Translations under genes and position numbers: made by a program
Assembly: GCA_041663565.1 (NCBI GenBank)
Contig: JBAYMJ010000004.1
Span: 582 to 64,581 of the forward strand
Direction of reading: 5' to 3'
DNA: 64,000 nt
Source of the DNA: Candidatus Micrarchaeia archaeon
Lineage (GTDB): Archaea; Micrarchaeota; Micrarchaeia; Norongarragalinales; CAINOH01
Shown: positions 26,673-35,592 of the stretch, piece by piece
Layout: every line of letters begins with the position of its first letter
Position numbering within the stretch: the first letter of the stretch is position 1
Notes under the pieces: model-generated
Told to the model about the DNA's origin: nothing
Databases searched by the model: none
What the model saw: the letters and a program-made list of their open reading frames with translations, nothing else

Positions 26673-27447
26673 AGCCTACCACCCTTGAATCGTCGCCGCT
26701 TGCCTCTGCCGAAGTCGAGTAACCGAGCCGCACGCACTTCCAGCCCAGCCTGCGGGCAAGAAGCATAACGATGACTATGCCTGTCTTTCCGCACGCGTCG
26801 ATTTCATCCGCACGCGAAACGTCAAGACCTGATATTATTCCGCACGAACGCGAATCAACCGCCTTTGCTTTTGCGAGAGGGAGAAAATGCGAAAGGTCGC
26901 TGCTGACTACCAGGAGGTTCCCTGGTTCCTGCATTGCTACTGAAAGGTAATCAGCGGCGCCCTGCCCGTCGGTCTCGCAGGTTAGCGCGGGATAGATTGT
27001 GAAATCTTTTTTCATCACAGCCTGCAGGAACGGGAGCTGGACTTCGAGGCAGTGCTCGGGGGCGTGGGCCTCGCACGCATCAATGACCAGGTCGGACTTG
27101 CCGCAAATCTTATCGATTGCGCCAGCAGCGACTCCGCCGATTGGCGTCCGCCATGCTGTTGCGCCGCAGGTCGCAAGGCCGGAAAAGAGCGCGTTGTGCG
27201 ATGGGCCGACAAGGATTACGTTTTTTGGCTGTGATGCGAGTTGTGACAAAAGGGCGTATGCCTTGCCGGCGGTTGCGCCGGAATAGACATAACCTGCGTG
27301 GGGAACTATCAGGGCGCGAAGGGTGCCGGGAACTTCCGCCGCGGCCGCTTTGTTCAGGAAGCCATACACCGCGGATTCCAGTTGCGTTTTTCCCGCAGGG
27401 TAGAAACTGCCTGCGTATGCCGGTTTGCGCTCGGTCTTTTTCTCCAT
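26647..27447 (-). CDS. amrB: MEMO1-family protein (AmmeMemoRadiSam system protein B)
   Basis: N-terminus RKPAYAGSFYP plus HAGYVYSG motifs typical of Memo/LigB-like proteins. Confidence 0.8.
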   Translation of the reverse strand: MEKKTERKPAYAGSFYPAGKTQLESAVYGFLNKAAAAEVPGTLRALIVPHAGYVYSGATAGKAYALLSQLASQPKNVILVGPSHNALFSGLATCGATAWRTPIGGVAAGAIDKICGKSDLVIDACEAHAPEHCLEVQLPFLQAVMKKDFTIYPALTCETDGQGAADYLSVAMQEPGNLLVVSSDLSHFLPLAKAKAVDSRSCGIISGLDVSRADEIDACGKTGIVIVMLLARRLGWKCVRLGYSTSAEASGDDSRVVGYGAFAFYK

Positions 27448-28590
27448 TCACTTCACGCTGATTTTTCGGGCTGGTTTGAGCTGGTTCTTGTCCCATATGC
27501 CCGGAATCTTCTTTTTGCACTGGCTGCACTTGCCGTCCTTTCCGAGGGACTTGACCCCTACTGAATAGCCGTGCCGCGAAACCAAAAGGGCCTTGCAATC
27601 CGGGCAGTAGGTGTTCTCATACTCTTGGTCTTTTGAAGGGAGGTTGCCTGCATAGACGAATGAAAGGCCCTCGTCCAAGCCGATTTTCCTCGCAGCCACA
27701 AGCGACTGCATAGGCGTTGCCATCACGTCCAACATCCTGTACGCGGGATGGAAAGCGGTCACGTGCCAGGGAATATCTTTGTCAACAGATGCGATGAAGC
27801 TGGCGATTTGCGAAAGCTCGTCTTTGGAGTCGTTCTTTCCGGGGATTACGAGGGTGGTTATCTCGACCCAGATGCCGAGCTTGCGGCAGCGCCTGACCGT
27901 CTCAAGCACCGGCTCAAGCGAGGCGTGGCAAATCGAGGAATAGAACTTTTCTGAGAAGGACTTGATGTCTATGTTGATTGCATCAAGCACGGGCGCTATG
28001 AACCCAATCGACTCCTTGGAGGTGTAGCCGTTGGATACGTAGACCGTCCCAAGGCCCGCTGCTTTTTTTGCGGCAACGGAACAGTCGTAGGCGTACTCGG
28101 AGAAAATCGCAGGCTCGTTGTAGGTGAACGCGACGCTTGCGCAGCCGCCCGCGATTGCCGCACCGGCAAAGTCGGAAGGCGAGACATAAGGAAGATTATC
28201 AAATTCCTTTTCAAGCAGCGCAAGTCTCTCCTTTGCAGTTGACTTTGCGCCTCCAATCAGCCTCGGCGCCTGGGAAAGCTCGGGGTTCTGGCAGAACTCG
28301 CAGGCGAAGTTGCAGCCGTAAGTCCCCATCGAAAGGATTTCAGTCGAGGGCAGGAAGTGGAAGAGCGGCTTCTTCTCAACCGGGTCTATTGCGATTGAAG
28401 ATGGCCTGCCGTATGCGAGGAGATGCAGCTGACCGCGTTCGTTCTTCCGGATGCCGCAAAAGCCCGTCGAGCCGTTCGGGATGGTGCAATAGCGCGAGCA
28501 GGCGAGGCACTTGACTGGTTTGCCCGCGCCTACGCTTGAGAAGAGCTTTGCAACAGCACTGTCTCCGCTTCCTTTGCTTTTGCCGGTCAT
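27448..28590 (-). CDS. amrS: AmmeMemoRadiSam system radical SAM enzyme (PFL-activase-like); start taken at the Met of MTGKSKG
   Basis: Radical SAM cluster motif GCNFACEFCQN. Contiguous with the MEMO gene, and has a 4-nt overlap with the upstream PhoU-like gene. Confidence 0.75.
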   Translation of the reverse strand: MTGKSKGSGDSAVAKLFSSVGAGKPVKCLACSRYCTIPNGSTGFCGIRKNERGQLHLLAYGRPSSIAIDPVEKKPLFHFLPSTEILSMGTYGCNFACEFCQNPELSQAPRLIGGAKSTAKERLALLEKEFDNLPYVSPSDFAGAAIAGGCASVAFTYNEPAIFSEYAYDCSVAAKKAAGLGTVYVSNGYTSKESIGFIAPVLDAINIDIKSFSEKFYSSICHASLEPVLETVRRCRKLGIWVEITTLVIPGKNDSKDELSQIASFIASVDKDIPWHVTAFHPAYRMLDVMATPMQSLVAARKIGLDEGLSFVYAGNLPSKDQEYENTYCPDCKALLVSRHGYSVGVKSLGKDGKCSQCKKKIPGIWDKNQLKPARKISVK

Positions 28591-29627
28591 TTCTCCTCGC
28601 CCTGCCTGTGCGCCCCTGCCGGCCGCCTGTTGCGGTTGAGCGTAATCTCCGCAATCTCCGCGCAATAGTTCGCGATGCTGTTGTCGAGCTTTGCAAGCAT
28701 GAGCGTGTACTGGACAGGCACCTTGCGCTGGTGCTGCGACACCTCGTTTAGTGCCGCTCGGTACTCCTCGCTTGAGCGGCGCCTGTAATCGAGCACGGAC
28801 TCGGCAGCCGCGGTGTCGGACTCGGTGAACGCGCGCACCGCCAAGCCGTACTGCCTTGCCGCTTCGGTGCAGGCCGCCTCGAACTTCCTTGCCGGAAAGT
28901 CCTGGGACCTGGCATTGCCCACCTCGTGGTAGTGCATGCCGATTTCGATTATGTCGTCAGCTATGTGCTCGAGATTGCGGGTCGCGACCGCGTAGTCTAT
29001 GCAGTCCGCGCTCGCAAGGCCCATCGCAAGCAGGACGCGCGTGTCGGAAAGCGCCAGGTTGAGCTGGCGAAGGATGAGGAATTTCAGCCGGTCGACCTCG
29101 TCGTCGCGCGAGCGCATCGAACGGGCGGACTCGTAATCTGCGCGCTTGACTGTGGAACAAAGCTCGGAGAACAGCTTCCCTACAAGGAGATGCATCCTGC
29201 CGAAGGCGCGTTCAACCGACAGCTCCTTTTGCGAGTAGAAGTCCCGCACGGTAAGCGATGATTCGGTCTCGTCGGTCACTTCCATTCCGATGAGCCTGCG
29301 TGCCTCCTCGAATATCGACTGGCGCGTGCTGTTGGAAAGGGCGTTCCGGGAGTAGAAGAGGATGCGGCCGGTGCCTGCAATGTAGGACGCGATGAACTTC
29401 CTGCGAAGTGAGTCCGTCTTGTACTGGTCCACGCAGACTTTTTCCTCAGCGGCCCGCGCAGCCTGCGCCTCCGCGTCCTCCGCATCAAGGACAAGCGAGC
29501 CTCCGGCGGATTCTAGCACTGAAAGCCTGGTTCCCCGACCTATCCCCTTGCGCTTGGCCCACTCCTTGGGCAGGGAGACGGTGTAAGTTGAAGTCCCGGT
29601 GAGCTGGACGCGGCGTACTGACGGCAT
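28587..29627 (-). CDS. AbrB/SpoVT-domain plus PhoU-domain regulator (archaeal PhoU homolog)
   Basis: N-terminus VQLTGTSTYTVSLPKEWAKRKGIGRGTRLSVLESAGGSLVL (AbrB-like), followed by a PhoU-like helical region (…DDEVDRL…, …LEHIADDI…). Confidence 0.65.
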   Translation of the reverse strand: MPSVRRVQLTGTSTYTVSLPKEWAKRKGIGRGTRLSVLESAGGSLVLDAEDAEAQAARAAEEKVCVDQYKTDSLRRKFIASYIAGTGRILFYSRNALSNSTRQSIFEEARRLIGMEVTDETESSLTVRDFYSQKELSVERAFGRMHLLVGKLFSELCSTVKRADYESARSMRSRDDEVDRLKFLILRQLNLALSDTRVLLAMGLASADCIDYAVATRNLEHIADDIIEIGMHYHEVGNARSQDFPARKFEAACTEAARQYGLAVRAFTESDTAAAESVLDYRRRSSEEYRAALNEVSQHQRKVPVQYTLMLAKLDNSIANYCAEIAEITLNRNRRPAGAHRQGEEK

Positions 29628-29781
29628 GAGAAACCTACCGGTAAGAAAGTAGGTCTATATAGAAAAAAGCCTTGTGATTGGGGGCTTTGCTGCGGGATGG
29701 AAAAAATGAAAAAGAAAGAAAAAGAGTTTGGAAAAGAAGGACGGACCGAAAAACAGGCGAGTGAGCCTGTAAGCCTAAAGC

Positions 29782-29895
29782 TTACAGCTCGCTGTTGCGG
29801 CGCGCTATCTTCCGCTTGAGGCGGCGGCGCTTCTTCTTAATCCATTTCCAGCGCATGTGGTTCTTTTTCTTCCATTTGCGGGGTCTTGAACCCAT
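29782..29895 (-). CDS. rpl41e: Ribosomal protein L41e (37 aa); not in ORF track
   Basis: Hand translation of the minus strand: MGSRPRKWKKKNHMRWKWIKKKRRRLKRKIARRNSEL*, a typical archaeal L41e. Confidence 0.7.
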   Translation of the reverse strand: MGSRPRKWKKKNHMRWKWIKKKRRRLKRKIARRNSEL

Positions 29896-30032
29896 CGAAT
29901 ACACTCTCCTAAAAATGTGCTGATGCTCCCTTTTGCCTCAGGGCGTGGCCTTCGGCAGAATGAGGATTGACAGGTAACTTTTGTGCATATTATCGTTTTT
30001 ATATGGTAGCATTCCGGCCCGAAGGAGCAAAA

Positions 30033-30635
30033 CTATTGGCTTCTTGAGACGTACCTTCCACGTGACTCGATGTCGGAAAGCTGGGTTATGGCGGCCTTCG
30101 CATTCGGGTTGGCGGCCTTGTATCCGGAAAGGAAGGCCGCAAATTCCTTCCCGGTCACCGCCTTCTTGAAAAGAAGGAGATCAGTAGCGTAGTCCTCCAC
30201 CCGGAGCGAGCGCTCGGAGAGGCCGAAGTCGATGACGTAAAGCGCCTTGCCGCAGAGCATCAGGTTTGCAGTAGTATAATCACCGTGGTATATGCCTGCC
30301 GAGTGCAGCCTGCCTAGGAGTTCGCCTGCAGCCTTGGCTTGTTTTGAGCGCACCACAGGGCTTACTGAGGAAAGGAGCCTGCCATCGAGCTTTTCCTCAA
30401 AGATTCGCATCCTCCGCACGTCGACGTACTTGACCAGCGGGCACAGCACGCCGGCCTGCTTCGCAGCGGAAAGCAGCCGGGCCTCTGAAAGCGTGCGCCC
30501 GCGGCGCAGGGTCGAGTCAATTTGGCTGATGCGGTAGCGTTTCGGCCTGCGCTCCTTGATTACAACCGGCTTTGAAAGAAAGATTGCCTCCAGTAGGTAA
30601 GCCTCAGCGCCCTTCGAGATGACTTTTTCGCTCAT
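30033..30635 (-). CDS. bud32: Bud32 (KEOPS complex RIO-type kinase/ATPase); start at MSEKVISKG
   Basis: Kinase-like motifs …HGDYTTANLM…VIDFGLS. Adjacent to tsaC and kae1. Confidence 0.75.
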   Translation of the reverse strand: MSEKVISKGAEAYLLEAIFLSKPVVIKERRPKRYRISQIDSTLRRGRTLSEARLLSAAKQAGVLCPLVKYVDVRRMRIFEEKLDGRLLSSVSPVVRSKQAKAAGELLGRLHSAGIYHGDYTTANLMLCGKALYVIDFGLSERSLRVEDYATDLLLFKKAVTGKEFAAFLSGYKAANPNAKAAITQLSDIESRGRYVSRSQ

Positions 30636-31381
30636 TTCTTCCTGCCTTTTGGACTTGATTTCTTCTTTTCGTTCGAACGCGTCTTCTTTTTCGCCGCTTT
30701 CATCCCGCCCGCAGTTCCGGACGCTTCCGCCAGCACTTCCTTGCTGCCAATCGGGCCCTCGCGCAGTATCTTCGGAGCGCCAAGCAGGCACACTATGGTG
30801 GACGCGGGCACCTGTGGAAGGTTGCCGCCATCGACAATCAGGTCGGCCTTCCTTGCAAACAGCTCTACTACCTGGCCGATTTCATAAACAGCTGCCTCGC
30901 CGGAGAGGTTTGCGGAAGTGGAAACTATAGGCGCCCCAAAAAGGCGGCTTGCCTTTCTTGCAAACTCGCTTGCGGGGATGCGGAACGCGACGGTCTCTGC
31001 TTTCCCGCTTGCGGGAATCGCAACCCTCTTTTTTGCGGCGATGGTCAGCGGGCCGGGCATGAACTTTTCTACAAGCCTCTTCTGGCCGGGAGTTGAAACT
31101 GTAAACTTTGAGACCATCCTGGCATCTGCCATTATCAGCGGAAGCGGCTTGGACCTGTCGCGTGCCTTGATTGCATACACCCGTACAACTGCGCCCTTGT
31201 CAAGCCCGCTGCAGCCAAGGGCGTAGGCGGTCTCTGTAGGGTAGGCCACGATTCCTCCAAGTGCCATCACCGCTGCCGCCTTGCGCGGCGCTGCAGGGTC
31301 GCGGACTGAAATTATGGGGCAGTGAAAACCCGGTGGCAACAGTATTGCCGAGGTTTTTTTTGCGGTTTTTCTTGCAGCCAT
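30632..31381 (-). CDS. tsaC: L-threonylcarbamoyladenylate synthase (YrdC/Sua5 domain) with Lys-rich C-terminal tail
   Basis: …GGIVAYPTETAYALGC… YrdC signature, …STSANLSG…. Tail …GMKAAKKKTRSNEKKKSSPKGRKK. Confidence 0.8.
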   Translation of the reverse strand: MAARKTAKKTSAILLPPGFHCPIISVRDPAAPRKAAAVMALGGIVAYPTETAYALGCSGLDKGAVVRVYAIKARDRSKPLPLIMADARMVSKFTVSTPGQKRLVEKFMPGPLTIAAKKRVAIPASGKAETVAFRIPASEFARKASRLFGAPIVSTSANLSGEAAVYEIGQVVELFARKADLIVDGGNLPQVPASTIVCLLGAPKILREGPIGSKEVLAEASGTAGGMKAAKKKTRSNEKKKSSPKGRKK

Positions 31382-31387
31382 AACAAC

Positions 31388-32413
31388 TCACTTCTTTTCA
31401 AGTTCGCTTTTCCTTATCCAAGAAACGGGCTCCGAATCCATGCGCAAGTCCTGCACCACTCCGAGGTTTGCGCTCTTTTTGGGCGCGGATTTACCTGCCA
31501 TCAGCATCGCGGTCAGCGCAATCATCGCCGCGTTGTCGCCCAGGTACTCGTCGGCTGCGATGCACAGCCGCGCGTCGTTTTCGGACGCCACGAGACCCAG
31601 CATCTGCGAAAGCCTGCGGTTCCGGGCGTTGCCGCCGCACAGCACGATTTCCTTTTTGCGCTTGAGCAGGAGCGCACGCTCGGTCGCCTCGCACAATGCG
31701 GCAAACGCTGTCTCCTGCGCCGAGTAGCAGATGTCCTTGGCGCTTGCGCCGCCTGATTGCGCCATCTTCTGGCAGTAGGTGAGCATGCCCGAATAGGAGA
31801 CGCTCATCCCCTTGACCACGTAGGGCATCGGGACGTAATTGCAGCCTGGAAGGGCTGCAAGCTTGAGCACCCCGACAGCATCCGGCGGGTTCAGGTTGAG
31901 CGAGCGGCCGAGCATGTCGAGGAAATTCCCGATTCCCATGTCGAGCGTCTCTCCAAGGACGCGGTAGCGGCCGTTCTCGATGCACAGGATTTGCGTGTTG
32001 CCTCCTGAGACGTAAACTACGAGCGGGTCGTTTGCTTTGGACAAGTAGCGAACAATCTCTGCGTGCGCAAGCGCGTGGTTCACGCCAATTACTGGAATAC
32101 CTAAAGCAGAACCAAGGGCCTTGGCCGCATCTGAACCAACAGACAAGCAGTGTCCCATCCCGGGACCGCGCGTGTAAGCTACAAAGTCAAGGTCTGAAAA
32201 ATTGATTTTCGCCTTTGAGACCGTTTCCTCAAGAAGGGCCCGGATGTTCCTTGCGTGGGACTCCGCAAGCTTTCTCGGGACATAACCTTCCTTAAGGGAG
32301 GGATATTTTGCGGTGCAGTTTGAGAGAACCTCAATCTTGCCTGCCTTGCGCGTTGCAACTGACATCCCGAGAGTGTGCGCGGAGGACTCGATTGCAAGCA
32401 CGTTCAAAGGCAT
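31388..32413 (-). CDS. kae1: Kae1 (tRNA N6-adenosine threonylcarbamoyltransferase, KEOPS catalytic subunit); start at MPLNVLAIE
   Basis: …LAIESSAHTLGMSV…, …GNFLDMLGRSL… and Kae1/TsaD family conservation. The upstream in-frame extension is probably not translated. Confidence 0.85.
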   Translation of the reverse strand: MPLNVLAIESSAHTLGMSVATRKAGKIEVLSNCTAKYPSLKEGYVPRKLAESHARNIRALLEETVSKAKINFSDLDFVAYTRGPGMGHCLSVGSDAAKALGSALGIPVIGVNHALAHAEIVRYLSKANDPLVVYVSGGNTQILCIENGRYRVLGETLDMGIGNFLDMLGRSLNLNPPDAVGVLKLAALPGCNYVPMPYVVKGMSVSYSGMLTYCQKMAQSGGASAKDICYSAQETAFAALCEATERALLLKRKKEIVLCGGNARNRRLSQMLGLVASENDARLCIAADEYLGDNAAMIALTAMLMAGKSAPKKSANLGVVQDLRMDSEPVSWIRKSELEKK

Positions 32414-32463
32414 CTGACCACTATAAGGGATTTGGCTGCGGCTGCCAATAAAGCATTTGCTGG

Positions 32464-33501
32464 TCAGGCAATCACGGAGAATATTACGGCCATCGAGAGT
32501 GCGTTGTAGGCGCAGTGGGCAAATACCGGCGCAACAAGGTTGTCGGTGCGGCGCACGTACCACGCGAACAGCAGCCCGATTGCGATGGCTCCCGCGACCT
32601 CGATTACGGAGCCGTAAAAGTAGTGGGCAATGCCGAACGCGACGCTGCTTGCGAGGATGCCGTACTTTTTCGAGAGCAGGCCGCGGAAGAAAAGCTCCTC
32701 TGCAAGCGGGCCGAACGTCACCGCAAGAAAGAGCGCAACTGCGCCCTGCCTCTTGATTACCTCGGCCACCTGGCCCTGGTCGGCAAAGCCGAAGTGGGAG
32801 AACACCACGCCCACAAGCCCGACGAGGAGGATGCTTGTCAGGAGAAGCCAGGCGCAGTCCGAGATGAGCCTGACCGCGGGCATCCTGTTGAGCCCGAGGA
32901 ACGAAAGCGATTCGGAAAGCGTCTTGCGCTCAGCTGCAAGCCACACGAAGGGCGTAAGGAGGAGCAGCAGGTTGATTATGAAGCTCCCGGACACCGAGCC
33001 AAGTAAGAACACCGCAAGCGTTGCCATGCGGAAGGATAGCGACGCGGCAAAGCCGAACCTGCCAAGCAGGAAGGCGCAGATTGCGCCGGAGAACAGAAGG
33101 AACAGCACGTTTGACAGGTAGGAGCCGAAGCCGGCTGAGAACGGCCACGCCACTAGGAGCGCGTAAGCAACCGCCTGGCCCGCAAACCCCACTAGGTTTT
33201 TTTGGACCGTGACGCGGAAGAACAGCTCCTCGGAAAGCACGAGAAGAAGCGCGGCCCAGAGGGGGGCTTCCGCAAGCGCGTCCAGGTACTGGTCCTGCGC
33301 AATCGCGCGCGAAAAGAACACCGCGGCGGTTGCAAGTAAAATTATCAGTATGAAGCGCAGCGAAAGCCGGTTCCAGGCGGGATTTGAAAGTTCCTGCGTC
33401 GGCGCAAGGAGGGCGGAGATTTTTTTCCTGTCCCACTTGAGAAGGAGCGCGCAGAGTGCGGTTGCTGCAAGAAGCAATACTGCAAGCTCAAGGACGGCCA
33501 T
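32464..33501 (-). CDS. Tandem CPBP-family (CAAX protease/Abi) intramembrane metalloprotease
   Basis: Two EELFFR motifs (SEELFFRVTV, AEELFFRGLL), plus FGIAHY and FAHCAYN. Confidence 0.7.
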   Translation of the reverse strand: MAVLELAVLLLAATALCALLLKWDRKKISALLAPTQELSNPAWNRLSLRFILIILLATAAVFFSRAIAQDQYLDALAEAPLWAALLLVLSEELFFRVTVQKNLVGFAGQAVAYALLVAWPFSAGFGSYLSNVLFLLFSGAICAFLLGRFGFAASLSFRMATLAVFLLGSVSGSFIINLLLLLTPFVWLAAERKTLSESLSFLGLNRMPAVRLISDCAWLLLTSILLVGLVGVVFSHFGFADQGQVAEVIKRQGAVALFLAVTFGPLAEELFFRGLLSKKYGILASSVAFGIAHYFYGSVIEVAGAIAIGLLFAWYVRRTDNLVAPVFAHCAYNALSMAVIFSVIA

Positions 33502-33585
33502 GTGAAAAGCAGGAAAGCTGAAAATAAAAGGCAGCTATTGAAAATAAAAAATAGAAAAAGAAATTGAAAAGAAAGGAAAACCCTC

Positions 33586-33744
33586 TCAAATCATTTCGGT
33601 GTACCCGCACTTTCCGCACGCGTACCTCGGCTTCTGGCCCTTCGCCTCGTGCTTTGCGAGCTTGTTGCCTGCCCCGCACTTGGGGCACGACCTGCCGGGC
33701 TTGTAGGCCTTCGTAACGCGGGCCTTCTTCTTTGCTTCTGCCAT
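33586..33744 (-). CDS. rps27ae: Ribosomal protein S27ae (eS31), 52 aa zinc ribbon; not in ORF track
   Basis: Hand translation: MAEAKKKARVTKAYKPGRSCPKCGAGNKLAKHEAKGQKPRYACGKCGYTEMI*. Confidence 0.8.
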   Translation of the reverse strand: MAEAKKKARVTKAYKPGRSCPKCGAGNKLAKHEAKGQKPRYACGKCGYTEMI

Positions 33745-33760
33745 CAAAATCACCAATCAC

Positions 33761-34075
33761 TTAGGCTGCAGGCTTCGCTGCATCCTTTTTCTTTGCCGAG
33801 CGCTCGATGCGCGCGAACTTGTACCCGCGCTCGGTGCCCTTCGCCGCGTCTGTGGACTTGTAGACCTTGGCGTGGACCTGCACGGTCTTGGTGCCGAACT
33901 TCTGGTCAACCTTGTCGACTACCACGCAGTCCTTTGCGCACTTGCACGCAACCGACACCGCCTCCGCAATCTTGTCGCGCGAGGGAGTCGGCGAACCGGT
34001 TGCAGTGAACACGACTTCCTTGCGGCCAAAGAGGGCGTTTTCCTTTTCGCTTACCTTCTTGAGTTCCATATTCAA
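33761..34075 (-). CDS. rps24e: Ribosomal protein S24e
   Basis: MELKKVSEKENALFGRKEVVFTATGSPTPSRDKIAE… matches the S24e family. Alternative start at 34069. Confidence 0.8.
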   Translation of the reverse strand: MNMELKKVSEKENALFGRKEVVFTATGSPTPSRDKIAEAVSVACKCAKDCVVVDKVDQKFGTKTVQVHAKVYKSTDAAKGTERGYKFARIERSAKKKDAAKPAA

Positions 34076-34097
34076 AAACCACCGTTGAAAACATGAC

Positions 34098-34283
34098 TTA
34101 CTTTATCTTGAGCGCGTACCTGCCGGGCGCCTTTGCGCCGATTGTGGTCGCTACTTCGGACGAAGTGTCCATTATGAAGATGTAGCCCATCCACGACTTC
34201 GAAAGTTCGCCTGCCTGCTGGCAGTTGGGGCACACGTCGCCCTCGACAATCAACCTGCATTTCTTGCACGCTTTCTGGACCAT
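34098..34283 (-). CDS. spt4: Spt4 / RNA polymerase subunit E''
   Basis: 61 aa, CKKC…CPNC zinc ribbon. Directly downstream of rpoE'. Confidence 0.8.
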   Translation of the reverse strand: MVQKACKKCRLIVEGDVCPNCQQAGELSKSWMGYIFIMDTSSEVATTIGAKAPGRYALKIK

Positions 34284-34292
34284 AATAACACC

Positions 34293-34817
34293 TTATCCTG
34301 AGACCTTCCCCAGCCCAGCCGGGCGCATCGTGAGCGCTATCTTGCTGTTGAGGATGGTGTCCTTCATGCTGACCGTCGCGACCTTTGCGCGGACCCAGTC
34401 TCCCTTCTTGATTCCCTTCTTGCTCTCGCGTCCTACTAGCATCCCCGTCTTCTTGTCGTAGGATAGGAAGTCGTCCGCAATCTGCGAGACGTGCACGAGG
34501 CCGTCTATGGGCCCGATGCGCACGAATGCTCCGAACTCCACAATCTCGGTCACTTCGCCCTCGACCACCTCGTTCACCTTGGGGGTGTACACGAGCGCGT
34601 CGAACTCCGCGTCAAAGTATGCGGCACCGTCTCCCTGGATGATGCGTCCCTCGGACTTCACTTCTGCGTCTGAGATGCTGATGACTACGCCGTACTCGCG
34701 GTGGACCGTGCGCTCGTACTGGTCGCGCAAAATCTTGAGCGCTGCCTCTGAAATCTTCATGCCGAAAAGGTTCGGCGGTATCCTGACTGACTCAGAAAAC
34801 CTGCAAATGCGGAACAT
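34293..34817 (-). CDS. rpoE: DNA-directed RNA polymerase subunit E' (Rpb7 homolog, S1 domain); start at MFRICRF
   Basis: Rpb7-like N-terminus with S1 domain (…GEVTEIVEFGAFVRIGPIDGLVHVSQI…). Confidence 0.8.
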   Translation of the reverse strand: MFRICRFSESVRIPPNLFGMKISEAALKILRDQYERTVHREYGVVISISDAEVKSEGRIIQGDGAAYFDAEFDALVYTPKVNEVVEGEVTEIVEFGAFVRIGPIDGLVHVSQIADDFLSYDKKTGMLVGRESKKGIKKGDWVRAKVATVSMKDTILNSKIALTMRPAGLGKVSG

Positions 34818-34852
34818 ATTTTCCTCAAACCTCCAATGAATGCAATTCTTTC

Positions 34853-35242
34853 CTACTCGCCGCTTCGCCACTCGGTGACAAGGTGCGACTTGTCACGCGA
34901 ATAGATGAGCTGCACCAAGCCAACTTGCTTGAGCCGCTTCATCAGCTTGCGGTCCTCCGTTACCACCGCGACCTTGCCGCGGTGCCTGGTGGCATAATCG
35001 ACAATCATGTCGTCCACCTTCCCCTCGCCGGGGATTATCTCGGCGCCCTCGTTCGCAAGGGCAGCCATTATCGCCTTCACGCGCAACTGCTGCTTGCGCG
35101 ACTTTGTCGAAAGCTCGTTGCCAGACTGCGCGAACACGACGAACTCCGCCGTGCCGTCCACGAGCTTTTCGGACTGCCGGAAGATGTCAATGCCCCACTC
35201 GAATGGCATCAAAAGCGCGTTCGAGTCCAGGACGATTTTCAT
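34853..35242 (-). CDS. PIN-domain protein conserved upstream of rpoE in archaea; start at MKIVLDSNAL
   Basis: MKIVLDSNALLMPF… PIN N-terminal acidic motif. Conserved synteny with rpoE'/spt4. Confidence 0.65.
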   Translation of the reverse strand: MKIVLDSNALLMPFEWGIDIFRQSEKLVDGTAEFVVFAQSGNELSTKSRKQQLRVKAIMAALANEGAEIIPGEGKVDDMIVDYATRHRGKVAVVTEDRKLMKRLKQVGLVQLIYSRDKSHLVTEWRSGE

Positions 35243-35394
35243 CTTGTTTCCCTTTGCTGCCGATGCAAACATCTTGTTTTCGCAACGGGCCCGACGGGAT
35301 TGCTCAGCGTGCGTCGGGGAAAACTACGTTTTCCCCTTGTCCACGCCGGACGCTCCCCTTTCCTTGCGGAAACGAGACCGTTCATTTTTTCTAG

Positions 35395-35534
35395 CGGGCC
35401 CGACGGGATTCGAACCCGCGACATCTTGATTGCTTCTCGACCCGCTTGCGAAACTAAAACGATTGCAAAAAAACAAATCTCGCAAGAAGGAGGATTAAAA
35501 GTCAAGCGCTCTAGCCAGACTGAGCTACGGGCCC
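35395..35534 (-). tRNA. tRNA-Lys (anticodon UUU) with ~66-nt intron at the canonical 37/38 position
   Basis: Reverse complement reads GGGCCCGTAGCTCAGTCTGGCTAGAGCG CTTGA CTTTTA [intron ATCCTCC…GAGAAGCA] A TCAAG ATGTC GCGGGTTCGAATCCCGT CGGGCCC G, with acceptor, D, anticodon and T arms all pairing. Confidence 0.8.
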
Positions 35535-35592
35535 TCTTAACTTACTAAGAATAGGGTCGAAAAGGAATTAAAAGGGTTTATTTGGCGGGAAT

